A stretch of DNA of 64,000 nucleotides from an uncultured Solibacteraceae bacterium (GTDB lineage Bacteria > Acidobacteriota > Terriglobia > Bryobacterales > Bryobacteraceae). A program made the translations under genes and the position numbers. Shown here one piece after another: positions 49,780-58,900 of this stretch. Below the pieces are notes generated by a model. It had not been told where the DNA came from. It searched no databases and worked only from the letters and a program-made list of their open reading frames with translations. The stretch spans positions 7,143 through 71,142 of the forward strand of contig CAZLOS010000011.1 of NCBI GenBank assembly GCA_964561215.1, written 5' to 3'. Within the stretch, counting starts at the first letter, position 1. Each line of letters begins with the position of its first letter.

Positions 49780-51390
49780 TCACTTGCGAGTACGTCTTTG
49801 ATGCGTGGATGGGATGTTCATGTCCTCGCGGTACTTGGCCACCGTACGCCGGGTGACCTGAATGCCTTCCGCGCGAAGCCGTTCGGTGATCTGCTCATCG
49901 GTGAGCGGATGAGCGGGATCTTCCTGTGCAATCATCTTTTTCACCTTGCGTTTCAGAATCAACAGGGGAGTCACGCTCCCCGATGGCCCCTGCACCGCTT
50001 CGGAGAAGAAAAAGCGCAGCTCGAACACCCCCTGCGGAGTGTGCGCGAACTTGTTGGCCACCGCGCGGCTGACCGTCGACGGATGCACACCAATCTCTTC
50101 GGCCACATCCTTGATCATCATGGGCTTCAATTCGTCGATGCCGCGGTCCAGAAAATCGGTCTGCCGCCGCACAATGGCCTGGCAGACGCGCAGGATGGTG
50201 TTCTTGCGCTGCTCGATGTTCTTCATCAGCATCAGGGCCGACTGGAAGCGCTCCTTGACGTAATTGCGGACTTCCTTGCTGGGCTCCCGCGTACGGTCGA
50301 GCATCCGGCGGTACTGCGAGTTCAGACGGAGCTGCGGGATATCCTCGTCGTTTAGCTGGATGAGGTATTCGTCGCCTTCCTTCGAAATGAAGACATCGGG
50401 TTCCACCTGGCGTGCGCCCGGTCCTGAATAGCGCAAGCCGGGGCGCGGATCCAGGTGCTTGATCACTTCGACGGCGATCTCGATATGCCGCATCGGACGG
50501 CCGAGCGCCTTCGCCAATTCCCTGTACTGGCGGTTCTCGACCAGTTTCAGGTGATCGGATACAATCTGCCAGGCTACGCCCCCCTCGCCGTTACGGTTGG
50601 CCACCTGGAGCAGCAGGCACTCGCGCACATCGCGCGCGCCCACGCCGGCCGGATCGAGCGATTGGACAGCCTTCAGCGCGGACTCCAGGTCCTCCGCCTT
50701 GTACTCGCCGGTCGCAGTCATCTCTTCCAGGGTCGCGGTGAGATAGCCGTTCTCATCCAGGTTGCCGATGATCGCTTCAGCCGCTTCGCGCACCGGTTCG
50801 GTGAGGATCACCAGGCTCAACTGGCTGTGCAAGTAGTCGGAGAGCGTAACCGGAGCCGAGAGGAAGGTCTCGAACGAAGGTTTTTCCGGCGATTCCGAGG
50901 CCGGGCTCTTGTAGCCGGGGTCCAGGTAGTCGTCGAAGAAAGAACCGAAATCGATTTCGTCGAAGGGATCGGTGGTTTTCGGCGCTTCGGGAGCGTCGGG
51001 CGCTTCAGGCGGCTCCGGGGATTCGCTTTCGCTCCCGGGAGCGTGCGTCTGTCCGGCCGGATTGGCAGTCTCCTCCAGTGCCAGCTCGGAGGCCTGCTCG
51101 GCGGCTTCGGTTTCGCGCTCGCCGTCGGAAACGGCCAATACGCCGGCATCCGCGGGATCGGCTACGCGCTCGGCTTCCAGCAGAGCCTGCACTTCTTCCT
51201 GGGTGAGTTCCTCGCCGCCCTCGCCGCTCTCCTCCAGAACCGGATTCGCCGCGACTTCCTGTGCGATCATATCCTTCAGTTCCAGGCGGTTCAGCTGAAG
51301 AACAGTCACCATCTGCACCAGGCCGGGCGTCAGGATCTGCTTCTGCGCCACCTTCATCTGAAGCTGCGGCCGCTGAGAGAGCAAGCTCAT
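49780..51390 (-). CDS. rpoN: RNA polymerase sigma-54 factor RpoN
   Basis: N-terminal LQMKVAQKQILTPGLVQ, acidic region II, and C-terminal HTH and RpoN box TRRTVAKYRE. Confidence 0.95.
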   Translation of the reverse strand: MSLLSQRPQLQMKVAQKQILTPGLVQMVTVLQLNRLELKDMIAQEVAANPVLEESGEGGEELTQEEVQALLEAERVADPADAGVLAVSDGERETEAAEQASELALEETANPAGQTHAPGSESESPEPPEAPDAPEAPKTTDPFDEIDFGSFFDDYLDPGYKSPASESPEKPSFETFLSAPVTLSDYLHSQLSLVILTEPVREAAEAIIGNLDENGYLTATLEEMTATGEYKAEDLESALKAVQSLDPAGVGARDVRECLLLQVANRNGEGGVAWQIVSDHLKLVENRQYRELAKALGRPMRHIEIAVEVIKHLDPRPGLRYSGPGARQVEPDVFISKEGDEYLIQLNDEDIPQLRLNSQYRRMLDRTREPSKEVRNYVKERFQSALMLMKNIEQRKNTILRVCQAIVRRQTDFLDRGIDELKPMMIKDVAEEIGVHPSTVSRAVANKFAHTPQGVFELRFFFSEAVQGPSGSVTPLLILKRKVKKMIAQEDPAHPLTDEQITERLRAEGIQVTRRTVAKYREDMNIPSTHQRRTRK

Positions 51391-51508
51391 CTGGCTTCAT
51401 AATAGCAGACCTGTTTTTGAATGAAGCCGCCAGTTCGAGGGGTACTGAGGGGGGACCAAAGGCGGCCGCGGATTTGGCGTGGTCGCACCTATGCCATAAT
51501 CCCCTTTT

Positions 51509-52765
51509 ATGCGCTACCGCCACCGCGTATTGGCTCTCCTCTTCTTCCTGTCGGTCGTTACTTACATCGACCGGGTGTGCATCGGCGTGGCCAGCCCGCG
51601 CATGCAGGAGGAATTGGGGATCACACCTTCCAAGTGGGGGCTCGTGCTGGGAGCGTTCGCCATTTCCTACGCCGCTTTCGAATTGCCGAGCGGCGCTTTG
51701 GGAGACCGGATCGGCCCGCGCAAGGTCCTGATGCGGATCGTGCTGTGGTGGAGCGCCTTCACCAGCCTCACCGGCGCGGCCACGAGCTACCTGCACTTGT
51801 TGGTCTGCCGGTTCCTGTTCGGGGCCGGCGAGGCCGGTGCGTACCCGAATTCGAGCGGCGCCATCGCGCGCTGGTTCCCGGCGCATGAGCGCGGCCGGGC
51901 GCAGGGGGTGGTGTGGATGGCCAGCCGGGTGGGCGGCGCCATCTCGCCGCTGGTCGTGGTGCCAATCCAGGCGCACTTCGGCTGGCGAGTCGCATTTTGG
52001 GTCTTCGGGGCACTCGGGCTGGTGTGGGCGGTGGTCTGGTTCTGGTGGTTCCGCGACAACCCGGCCGAGAAGCCCGGTGTGACCAGCGCCGAAATGGAAG
52101 AGATCCGCGCCGGCGGCGCCGCCGTCCAGGTCCACCACAAAGTGCCGCTCGGCAAGCTGCTATCGAGCGGCAACCTGTGGCTGATCATGGCCATGTACTT
52201 CACCTACTGCTACGCGTCGTTCTTCTACTTGAGCTGGATGCCGACCTATCTTGTGAAGGGGCGAGGCTTTTCCGAGGCCGACATGGCCTGGTTCGCCACC
52301 CTTCCCTTCATCCTGGGGGGCACGGCGAACTTCTTCGGCGGCTGGGCGAGCGACGTCGCGGTGCGCCGCGTGGGCCTGAAGTGGGGGCGCCGCGTGTGCG
52401 CCGCGGGCGGCCTTACGGCATCGGCCATCTTCACCATCGCGGCAGCTCTGACGACAGACAAGATCTGGGCGGTCGTGTTTCTTGCTTTGGGCTATGCGGG
52501 AAGCGACTTCATGCTGCCTACGGCCTGGGCCCTGTGCCTGGACATCGGCAAGAAATACGCCGGCTCGGTCACCGGGGCCATGAACACGGCAGGCCAGCTC
52601 GGTTCCTTTACCACGGCGTCGCTGTTCGGCTTCCTGGTGGAACGGTTCCACAGCTACAACCTGCCGCTGGTGCCCATGTCGCTGCTCACACTGGTGAGCG
52701 CCATCCTGTGGCTTAAGATCGACGCTACCCGCCAGCTTGTCCCGGAACCCGCCGAACCGCGGTAA
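51509..52765 (+). CDS. MFS transporter (anion:cation symporter-like)
   Basis: About 12 TM segments and MFS motif A GALGDRIGPRKV. Confidence 0.85.
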   Translation: MRYRHRVLALLFFLSVVTYIDRVCIGVASPRMQEELGITPSKWGLVLGAFAISYAAFELPSGALGDRIGPRKVLMRIVLWWSAFTSLTGAATSYLHLLVCRFLFGAGEAGAYPNSSGAIARWFPAHERGRAQGVVWMASRVGGAISPLVVVPIQAHFGWRVAFWVFGALGLVWAVVWFWWFRDNPAEKPGVTSAEMEEIRAGGAAVQVHHKVPLGKLLSSGNLWLIMAMYFTYCYASFFYLSWMPTYLVKGRGFSEADMAWFATLPFILGGTANFFGGWASDVAVRRVGLKWGRRVCAAGGLTASAIFTIAAALTTDKIWAVVFLALGYAGSDFMLPTAWALCLDIGKKYAGSVTGAMNTAGQLGSFTTASLFGFLVERFHSYNLPLVPMSLLTLVSAILWLKIDATRQLVPEPAEPR

Positions 52766-52778
52766 GATCGCTTCGAGC

Positions 52779-53189
52779 ATGTTCGAGATTCTCGAGCACA
52801 CGGCCGACATCGGCTTCCGCGCCTGGGGCCCGACCGCGGCAAAGATGTTCGAAAACGCCGCCCTGGCGCTCGAATCCATCGCCTTTGAGATGGACGGGGC
52901 CGAGCCGCGCGAACCTTATCCTTTGGCGGTCACCGGGGAGGACTACGAGTCGCTGCTGGTCAACTGGCTCAGCGAGGCGCTCTATTACATGGACGCGCGG
53001 CGTATCCTGCTGCGGCGGTTCGAGGTCGGGCGGATCGAGCCGGAAACCGTGGTAGGGCGCGGCTGGGGCGAACCTTTTGACGCCGCCCGGCACCAGGCCA
53101 AGGCGATCGTCAAGGGTGTCACCTATCATCAGCTCAAAATCGAGCGTGCCGGCGACGTGTGGCGCGCCACTGTGTTCCTGGATGTCTAA
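52779..53189 (+). CDS. Archease
   Basis: MFEILEHTADIGFRAW start and C-terminal KGVTYHQLKI. ATG 52779 preferred over the track start 52737, which would overlap the MFS gene. Confidence 0.8.
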   Translation: MFEILEHTADIGFRAWGPTAAKMFENAALALESIAFEMDGAEPREPYPLAVTGEDYESLLVNWLSEALYYMDARRILLRRFEVGRIEPETVVGRGWGEPFDAARHQAKAIVKGVTYHQLKIERAGDVWRATVFLDV

Positions 53190-53195
53190 ACTGCC

Positions 53196-53708
53196 ATGAG
53201 CCGCGAACCTGCTAAACAAGATGCAATTCGGATCTTCATCACCGGAGGGACCTTCGACAAGGAATACGACGAGCTGACCGGGAGGCTCTACTTCAAGGAC
53301 TCGCATCTCGGAGAGATGCTGCGTTTGGGTCGCGCGAACCTGCCGCTGGAGGTCCGCACGCTGATGATGATCGACAGCCTGGACATGACCGCCGGCGACC
53401 GCGCGCTGATCGTCGAGCAGGTGCGCGGCGCCGCCGAGAGCCGCATTGTGATCACGCACGGTACCGACACGATGGTGGAAACCGCCGGCGTCCTTGCGGC
53501 GAACATACACGGCAAGACTGTGGTGCTGACAGGGGCCATGATCCCGTACAAGTTCGGCAGCTCGGACGGGTTGTTCAACCTGGGCAGCGCGCTGGCCTTC
53601 GCGCAGACCCTCTCGCCGGGCGTCTACATCGCCATGAACGGCCGTTGCTTCCCTGCCGGCCACGTCCGCAAGAACCGCCAAACCGGGATGTTCGAAGACG
53701 TTCCGTAA
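53196..53708 (+). CDS. Single-domain L-asparaginase N-terminal-domain homologue (170 aa)
   Basis: Both asparaginase Thr motifs are present (FITGGTFD and ITHGTDTM). There is no C-terminal asparaginase domain. Confidence 0.7.
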   Translation: MSREPAKQDAIRIFITGGTFDKEYDELTGRLYFKDSHLGEMLRLGRANLPLEVRTLMMIDSLDMTAGDRALIVEQVRGAAESRIVITHGTDTMVETAGVLAANIHGKTVVLTGAMIPYKFGSSDGLFNLGSALAFAQTLSPGVYIAMNGRCFPAGHVRKNRQTGMFEDVP

Positions 53709-53792
53709 CGGGATATATCCCGAGCGCCATAGTCGCGCGGCTTCAGAGCGAGACTGGCGATTGACACTCGGACAGAACTGTACGAGACTGGA

Positions 53793-54008
53793 GTGGTGAA
53801 GGGCGCGGAATTCGAGCGGCGAGTCAGGAGGTTGGCGAGCAGGCGCAAGGTCGCCTGTCAATTTGTGGCGAGCAGGGGAAAAGGAAGCCACGGCCGCCTC
53901 TACTTTGGCGATGAATTCACTACGCTCAAGGATCGGAAGAAAGAGATTGGCCGCGACCTGCTGGCCAAGATGTGCGGGGACCTGAAGATCCACCCGCATG
54001 AGCTATAG
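53793..54008 (+). CDS. hicA: HicA-family toxin (mRNA interferase)
   Basis: 71 aa with the KGSHGRL motif characteristic of HicA/YcfA. GTG start. Followed 11 nt later by a HicB-like gene. Confidence 0.7.
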   Translation: MVKGAEFERRVRRLASRRKVACQFVASRGKGSHGRLYFGDEFTTLKDRKKEIGRDLLAKMCGDLKIHPHEL

Positions 54009-54019
54009 GAGGGGAACGC

Positions 54020-54454
54020 ATGTTTCTGTTCAGTTATCCCGCGAAATTTACCTCCGGCAGCGACGGCCGCGTAATGGTCGAGTTTATCGATCTCGTCCAT
54101 GTCGCCACCGACGGCAAAGATGAGCGCGAGGCGATGGAAGAAGCGATGGATGCGCTGGGGTCCGACCTCTCGATCCGCTTGTCGCGCCGGGAGGAGATTC
54201 CGGCGCCGTCATCCGTGCAGCGCGGTCAACGCCTGGTGCCCGTACCGCTCTGGCTGGCGCCGAAGCTGGCGCTTTACCTGGCGATGCGCGACCAGCGAGT
54301 CAACAACTCCGATCTGGCCCGCCGCCTTGGACTTTCCGAAGGGGTGGTGCGCCGAATGCTTGATCCCGAGCATGCTACAAGGGCAGAGAAGATCCAGGCC
54401 GCGCTCGCGGTTCTTGGCAAGCAGATGACCGTTGAAGTCCGCGACGCAGCTTGA
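54020..54454 (+). CDS. hicB: HicB-family antitoxin with C-terminal HTH
   Basis: N-terminal HicB-like fold segment (FSYPAKFT...VEFIDLVHVATDG...EAMEEA) and C-terminal HTH NNSDLARRLGLSEGVVRRML. Confidence 0.7.
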   Translation: MFLFSYPAKFTSGSDGRVMVEFIDLVHVATDGKDEREAMEEAMDALGSDLSIRLSRREEIPAPSSVQRGQRLVPVPLWLAPKLALYLAMRDQRVNNSDLARRLGLSEGVVRRMLDPEHATRAEKIQAALAVLGKQMTVEVRDAA

Positions 54455-54483
54455 AGAGGAGGCAGCCTGCCGCCGCGCCCATC

Positions 54484-55653
54484 TTACGACGACTTGACCG
54501 CGGCGCCGCGGCGGTAGGCCAGGTTGCCCAGGTGCGCGGCGCGGGCGGCGGCTACCGCCGGCTCCACGGGACAGTTCGGGTCCTTGCGGGCGCGGATGGA
54601 CTCCAGCCAGTTGGCGACGTGCGCCACGGTGCCGTCACCCTTTGACGGCAGTTGAATCAACGGCTCGGGGTAGGTGGTCCTTTCCGAAGGCACGACGCCT
54701 TCCGGATACACTTCCAGGCCGTCGCGCGTCACGTGCATCAGCGCTTTGCTGCCCCGGAAAATGATGGTTCCGCCGTGCAACGATCCGTTCAATGTACCTG
54801 TGTAAGTGACGCCGAATCCCGGGTAGTCGTAAGCGGCGGTGATGGTGTCGGGACAGTCGCCGTAGGTCAGGAAATAGCGGCCACCGACGGCCTGGACCGA
54901 CTTGGGCGTGTCCGAGGCCATGTACCACTGGATGACGTCGCCGTAATGCGAGTACAAGTCGGTCAGGTGCCCGCCGCCGTAGTCGAAGAACATGCGCCAG
55001 CGCAGGAAGCGGACCGCCTCGAAGGGCCTTTCGGGCGCGTTACCCTGAAATGCTTTCCAGTCGAGCTTAGTGAGGTCGGCGACGGCAGGCAAGTTCATCC
55101 GCGCCATGTAATTCTGATACCAGCTCGCGAGCACCAGCGAGACCTTGCCCAAAGTCCCCTTGGCGACGATTTCGCGCCCCGTGATGAAGTGTTCCCAGGA
55201 GCGCTGCTGGTAGCCGATCTGGACGACGCGCCGCGATGCGCGCACCGCCTTGATCAGGTCCTCGCCCTCCGGGATGTTGTGGGTGACGGGCTTTTCGACG
55301 TACACGTCCTTGGCGGCGCGGACCGCGTCGATCGTCATGGGCGTGTGCCAGTGGTCGGGCGAGCCCACGATCACCGCGTCCACGTCCCGGCGTTCGAGCA
55401 CCTTCCGGTAATCGACGTACAGTTGCGCCGCGGGATTGAGTTCCTTCCGTGCCTGTTCGCGGCGCGGTTCGTAAACATCGCAAATCGCCACCAGATCCAC
55501 CTGGCCGGTTTTGAGCGCCAGGCTCGTGACGTAGCGCCCGCGGCCACCAGATCCAAGGAGCGCGACGCGGATGCGATCGTTCGCCCCCCAGACCGTGCTG
55601 CTTGCGGCGGCCGTCGCCGCCGCCTGTAGAAATCGCCTCCGGTTGTCGGGCAT
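54484..55653 (-). CDS. Tat-exported Gfo/Idh/MocA-family oxidoreductase
   Basis: Twin-arginine NRRRFLQAAATAAA, Rossmann VALLGSGGRGRY and VYVEKP. Confidence 0.85.
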   Translation of the reverse strand: MPDNRRRFLQAAATAAASSTVWGANDRIRVALLGSGGRGRYVTSLALKTGQVDLVAICDVYEPRREQARKELNPAAQLYVDYRKVLERRDVDAVIVGSPDHWHTPMTIDAVRAAKDVYVEKPVTHNIPEGEDLIKAVRASRRVVQIGYQQRSWEHFITGREIVAKGTLGKVSLVLASWYQNYMARMNLPAVADLTKLDWKAFQGNAPERPFEAVRFLRWRMFFDYGGGHLTDLYSHYGDVIQWYMASDTPKSVQAVGGRYFLTYGDCPDTITAAYDYPGFGVTYTGTLNGSLHGGTIIFRGSKALMHVTRDGLEVYPEGVVPSERTTYPEPLIQLPSKGDGTVAHVANWLESIRARKDPNCPVEPAVAAARAAHLGNLAYRRGAAVKSS

Positions 55654-55723
55654 CGTTCAAGAGCCTCCCCGACATGGTATCTTACACGAAAAGGGCTCTC
55701 GCCCGGCCGGAAAGGTACCCAAT

Positions 55724-56590
55724 ATGAAGCCAATCAGGATTCTGCTTGTAGCCGTCATCGCGTTCGCCGCAACCCTTTCTCTGGTTATGGTCAAGGCGCA
55801 GCAGAAGAAGTTGCCCGAAGCCGATTGCGGCCGCACGGCGGGGTTGGGCTACGACGACACACCCGTGCTGCCGGACCAGCCATGGCGCGTGCACGATATC
55901 AAACGTCCGCAGCCGCGCACGATCACGCCCGGCACCGAAAGCAGCCAGCAGCGCGCGGGCAAGGCCCCCAGCGACGCCGTCGTGCTCTTCGACGGGAAGG
56001 ACCTGTCTCAATGGACCAACCGGCCCAAGAAGAAGGATCTGGGCAACATCACCTGGAAAGTGGAAAGCGGCTACATGGAAGCGGTCCCGTATGCCGGCGA
56101 CCTGGTCTCGAAGGAGAAATTCGGCGACGCGCAATACCACATCGAGTGGGCGGCACCCGCCAAGCCCTGCGGCACCAGCCAGTGGAGGGGCAACAGCGGC
56201 GTGCTGATCATGAGCAACTATGAGATCCAGGTTCTCGATAACGACCACAATCCGACCTACGCCGATGGCATGGCCGGATCCATTTACGGACAGTGGCCAC
56301 CCCTGGTGAACCCGGCCCGTACGCGCGGCGAATGGCAGATGTACGATATCGCCTTCGAGGCGCCCGCCTTCGAAGGGGAGAAACTCGCTAAGCCGGCTTA
56401 CGTTACGGTCTTCCTCAACGGCGTGCTCGTCCAGCACCACCAGAAGATCATTGGGAGGATGACACACCGGCAAGTGGCCCAGTATCGCCCGCACGGCGCC
56501 ACGGAACCCCTTTCGCTCCAGGACCACGAGGTCCCGGTGCGGTACCGGAATATCTGGGTGCGTCCGCTCAGGGGCTACGACCAGCCGTAA
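55724..56590 (+). CDS. DUF1080 (3-keto-disaccharide hydrolase-like) secreted protein
   Basis: Signal MKPIRILLVAVIAFAATL. W..V..G, GNSGVLI, EIQVLDN and FLNGVLV follow the DUF1080 jelly-roll pattern. Confidence 0.75.
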   Translation: MKPIRILLVAVIAFAATLSLVMVKAQQKKLPEADCGRTAGLGYDDTPVLPDQPWRVHDIKRPQPRTITPGTESSQQRAGKAPSDAVVLFDGKDLSQWTNRPKKKDLGNITWKVESGYMEAVPYAGDLVSKEKFGDAQYHIEWAAPAKPCGTSQWRGNSGVLIMSNYEIQVLDNDHNPTYADGMAGSIYGQWPPLVNPARTRGEWQMYDIAFEAPAFEGEKLAKPAYVTVFLNGVLVQHHQKIIGRMTHRQVAQYRPHGATEPLSLQDHEVPVRYRNIWVRPLRGYDQP

Positions 56591-56645
56591 TCTCCAACGT
56601 TCCCATGCAGTTGCGGCTATCCCGTGCGAGCCTGTCCGTAGGGCG

Positions 56646-56674
56646 GGAACTTTCCTGCTATAGCCGGCGTCCAA
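56646..56674 (+). promoter_or_regulatory. Candidate ECF-type (autoregulated) promoter
   Basis: GGAACTT (56646-56652), 17-nt spacer, TCCAA (56670-56674; contains CGTC at 56668-56671). About 60 nt upstream of the ECF sigma GTG. Confidence 0.4.
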
Positions 56675-56734
56675 CGTTGTGCAGGGCGGTTGGATATCTG
56701 GTAGGTTGAAGGGGGATACCCCAAAGGCACTGCC

Positions 56735-57427
56735 GTGGCGGAGCCAATCGTCGATATCGAATTAGAACATGCCCCGGAGGAGTCCGGAGTTCCTCCGGAG
56801 GAGTGTGAAGCCTATCTGGAAGACGACCGGCATCTGGTGGAGCGTCTCCAGTCCGGAGAGCAGGCGGCTTACGAAGACTTGATTGCCCGATTTGAGCGCC
56901 CCGTCTTCAATTTGATCAGCCGTTTGCTCAACGATCCGGAAGATGCCTGCGACGTAGTCCAGGAAGTGTTCTTGAAGGTGTTTCGGAATGTATCTTCATT
57001 CCGCGCCGAGAGCAGCTTGAAGACCTGGATATACAGGATCGCGGTGAACGAAGCGTATAATCACCGCCGCTGGTTCGTCCGTCATCACCGCTCCGAAGTG
57101 GGTTTGGAGGATCAGAGCGAAGTCGGTACTACTTATCATGACCGGCTTGCCGACCCATGCCGGACGCCCTTCGACCTGGCACTGGGAAGCGAAGAACGGG
57201 CCCTGATAGAGAACGCTTTGAACAAGCTGAATCCGAAGTTCAGGACCTGCGTGATCTTGCGGGATATCGAGGAGTTGAGTTACGAAGAGATCGCCGAAAT
57301 TGAAGGTCTCTCGCTCGGCACGGTGAAATCTCGAATTCTGCGTGGCCGTGAAGCACTGAGGAAGGCTCTGGCGGGCCGGCTTGAGCCGGGACCGGCCCTG
57401 AATTGGACGCCACAACCGGCCGAGTAA
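56735..57427 (+). CDS. ECF (group 4) sigma-70 family sigma factor
   Basis: Region 2 DVVQEVFLKVF...IAVNEAYNHRR and region 4 LSYEEIAEIEGLSLGTVKSRILRGR. Confidence 0.9.
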   Translation: MAEPIVDIELEHAPEESGVPPEECEAYLEDDRHLVERLQSGEQAAYEDLIARFERPVFNLISRLLNDPEDACDVVQEVFLKVFRNVSSFRAESSLKTWIYRIAVNEAYNHRRWFVRHHRSEVGLEDQSEVGTTYHDRLADPCRTPFDLALGSEERALIENALNKLNPKFRTCVILRDIEELSYEEIAEIEGLSLGTVKSRILRGREALRKALAGRLEPGPALNWTPQPAE

Positions 57428-57431
57428 AGCC

Positions 57432-58124
57432 ATGAATTGCCATTCTGTGCAGCGAGCACTGCCGGCTTACATGGACGGGCAACTTGACCAGCCCGTGCTG
57501 GGGCGGATATCCGAGCATCTGGCTCATTGCCGCGAATGTCATCGAATCTCCGCCGAGCGGGTCAGGATCCAGGCTGCCCTTGGTATGCTTCCGGAGCGGG
57601 TGCCTCCGTCCGATCTCCGCATTGCGCTTCTCTCGCTGGCATCCCGGGAAATCGAGAGGCGGCGCGAAGGCGTGGGCCTGAAGGCGCGGTTCAGCCGGTG
57701 GGTGGAAGATTGGCAGTTCCGCCTGGACGGCTTGATGAGGCCGTTTGCCTTGCCGTTCGCGGGCGGGCTGCTTTCGGCCGTTCTGCTGTTTGCCTTGTTC
57801 GTGCCCATGTACACGGTTCCCGGAAAGACCATGGTCCAGGACGTCCCCACCATGCTCTTTACCGAGGCCACGGTGAATAACATACCGAACTTCGACATGA
57901 ACGAAGACGAAGTCCTGGTTGATCTCGTGGTGGACGGTCAGGGGCGTATTGTGGACTATTCCGCGCCCCACGGCCAGGACTGGATGCGGAACCTGCCGCT
58001 GCGGCGGCGGCTGGAGAATGCTCTGCTGTTCACCGACTATACGCCCAGCACCATGTTCGGCTACCCGGCCTCGACCCGCGTGCGGCTCACCATCCGCCGC
58101 AGCCAGATAGACGTGAAGGGCTAA
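57432..58124 (+). CDS. Anti-sigma factor (zf-HC2, single TM)
   Basis: MNCHSVQRALPAYMDG...HLAHCRECH zinc-finger motif and TM FAGGLLSAVLLFALFV. Starts 4 nt after the sigma gene. Confidence 0.8.
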   Translation: MNCHSVQRALPAYMDGQLDQPVLGRISEHLAHCRECHRISAERVRIQAALGMLPERVPPSDLRIALLSLASREIERRREGVGLKARFSRWVEDWQFRLDGLMRPFALPFAGGLLSAVLLFALFVPMYTVPGKTMVQDVPTMLFTEATVNNIPNFDMNEDEVLVDLVVDGQGRIVDYSAPHGQDWMRNLPLRRRLENALLFTDYTPSTMFGYPASTRVRLTIRRSQIDVKG

Positions 58125-58141
58125 ACGGACTCGTAACTCCT

Positions 58142-58900
58142 GTGAAACGCCCACCGCTGGGGCAGCACTTCTTAACGCGCGAATCCATCCTGGAGCGGAT
58201 TGCCGCGGCGGTTTGTCCGGACCCCGAGCCGCTGGTTATCGAGATCGGACCGGGGCGCGGCGCCCTTACGGCGCATCTGGCTGCGCGCGCCGGGCGCCTG
58301 ATCGCCGTCGAGCTGGACGCTGCCTTGGCCGAAGGTTTGCGCGCCCGTTTCGCAAGTCGCCGTCACTTCGAGGTAATTCAGGCCGACGTCCTGGAAGTCG
58401 ACTTGGCCCAATGGGGGCCAGCGGTGGTTGCCGGGAACCTGCCTTACTACATCACCTCGCCGATCCTGGACCACGTGTTAGAAATGACGCCGGACCTGGT
58501 GCGGGCGGTTTTTCTGATGCAGAAAGAAGTGGCGGACCGGCTGAGCGCCGCGCCAGGCAGCCGCGATTACGGCTATCTCACTGTGCGCACGGCATTTCGT
58601 GCCTCGGCACGAACGCTGTTTCCGGTCCCGGCATCGGCCTTTTCACCGCCGCCCAAGGTGGAATCCGCCGTCGTTGAACTTGTTCCGCGAACGCCGGACG
58701 AGGATCTGCCGGTGGACAACGGCGCGAAGTTCCTGGAGTTCGTGGGCCGGTGCTTCCGGCAGAAGCGCAAGACCATCCGCAACAATCTTGCCGGTGCGTT
58801 CCCGCGAGAGGCGATCGACGCGTGCCCCGAGGCGGGCCTGCGCGCCGAGCAGTTGACGTTGGAAAGATTTGCGGACCTTTATCACCGGCTGGCGGTGTAG
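58142..58900 (+). CDS. rsmA: 16S rRNA (adenine1518/1519-N6)-dimethyltransferase RsmA/KsgA
   Basis: LGQHFL, VIEIGPGRGALT and NLPYYITSPI motifs. GTG start. Confidence 0.92.
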   Translation: MKRPPLGQHFLTRESILERIAAAVCPDPEPLVIEIGPGRGALTAHLAARAGRLIAVELDAALAEGLRARFASRRHFEVIQADVLEVDLAQWGPAVVAGNLPYYITSPILDHVLEMTPDLVRAVFLMQKEVADRLSAAPGSRDYGYLTVRTAFRASARTLFPVPASAFSPPPKVESAVVELVPRTPDEDLPVDNGAKFLEFVGRCFRQKRKTIRNNLAGAFPREAIDACPEAGLRAEQLTLERFADLYHRLAV

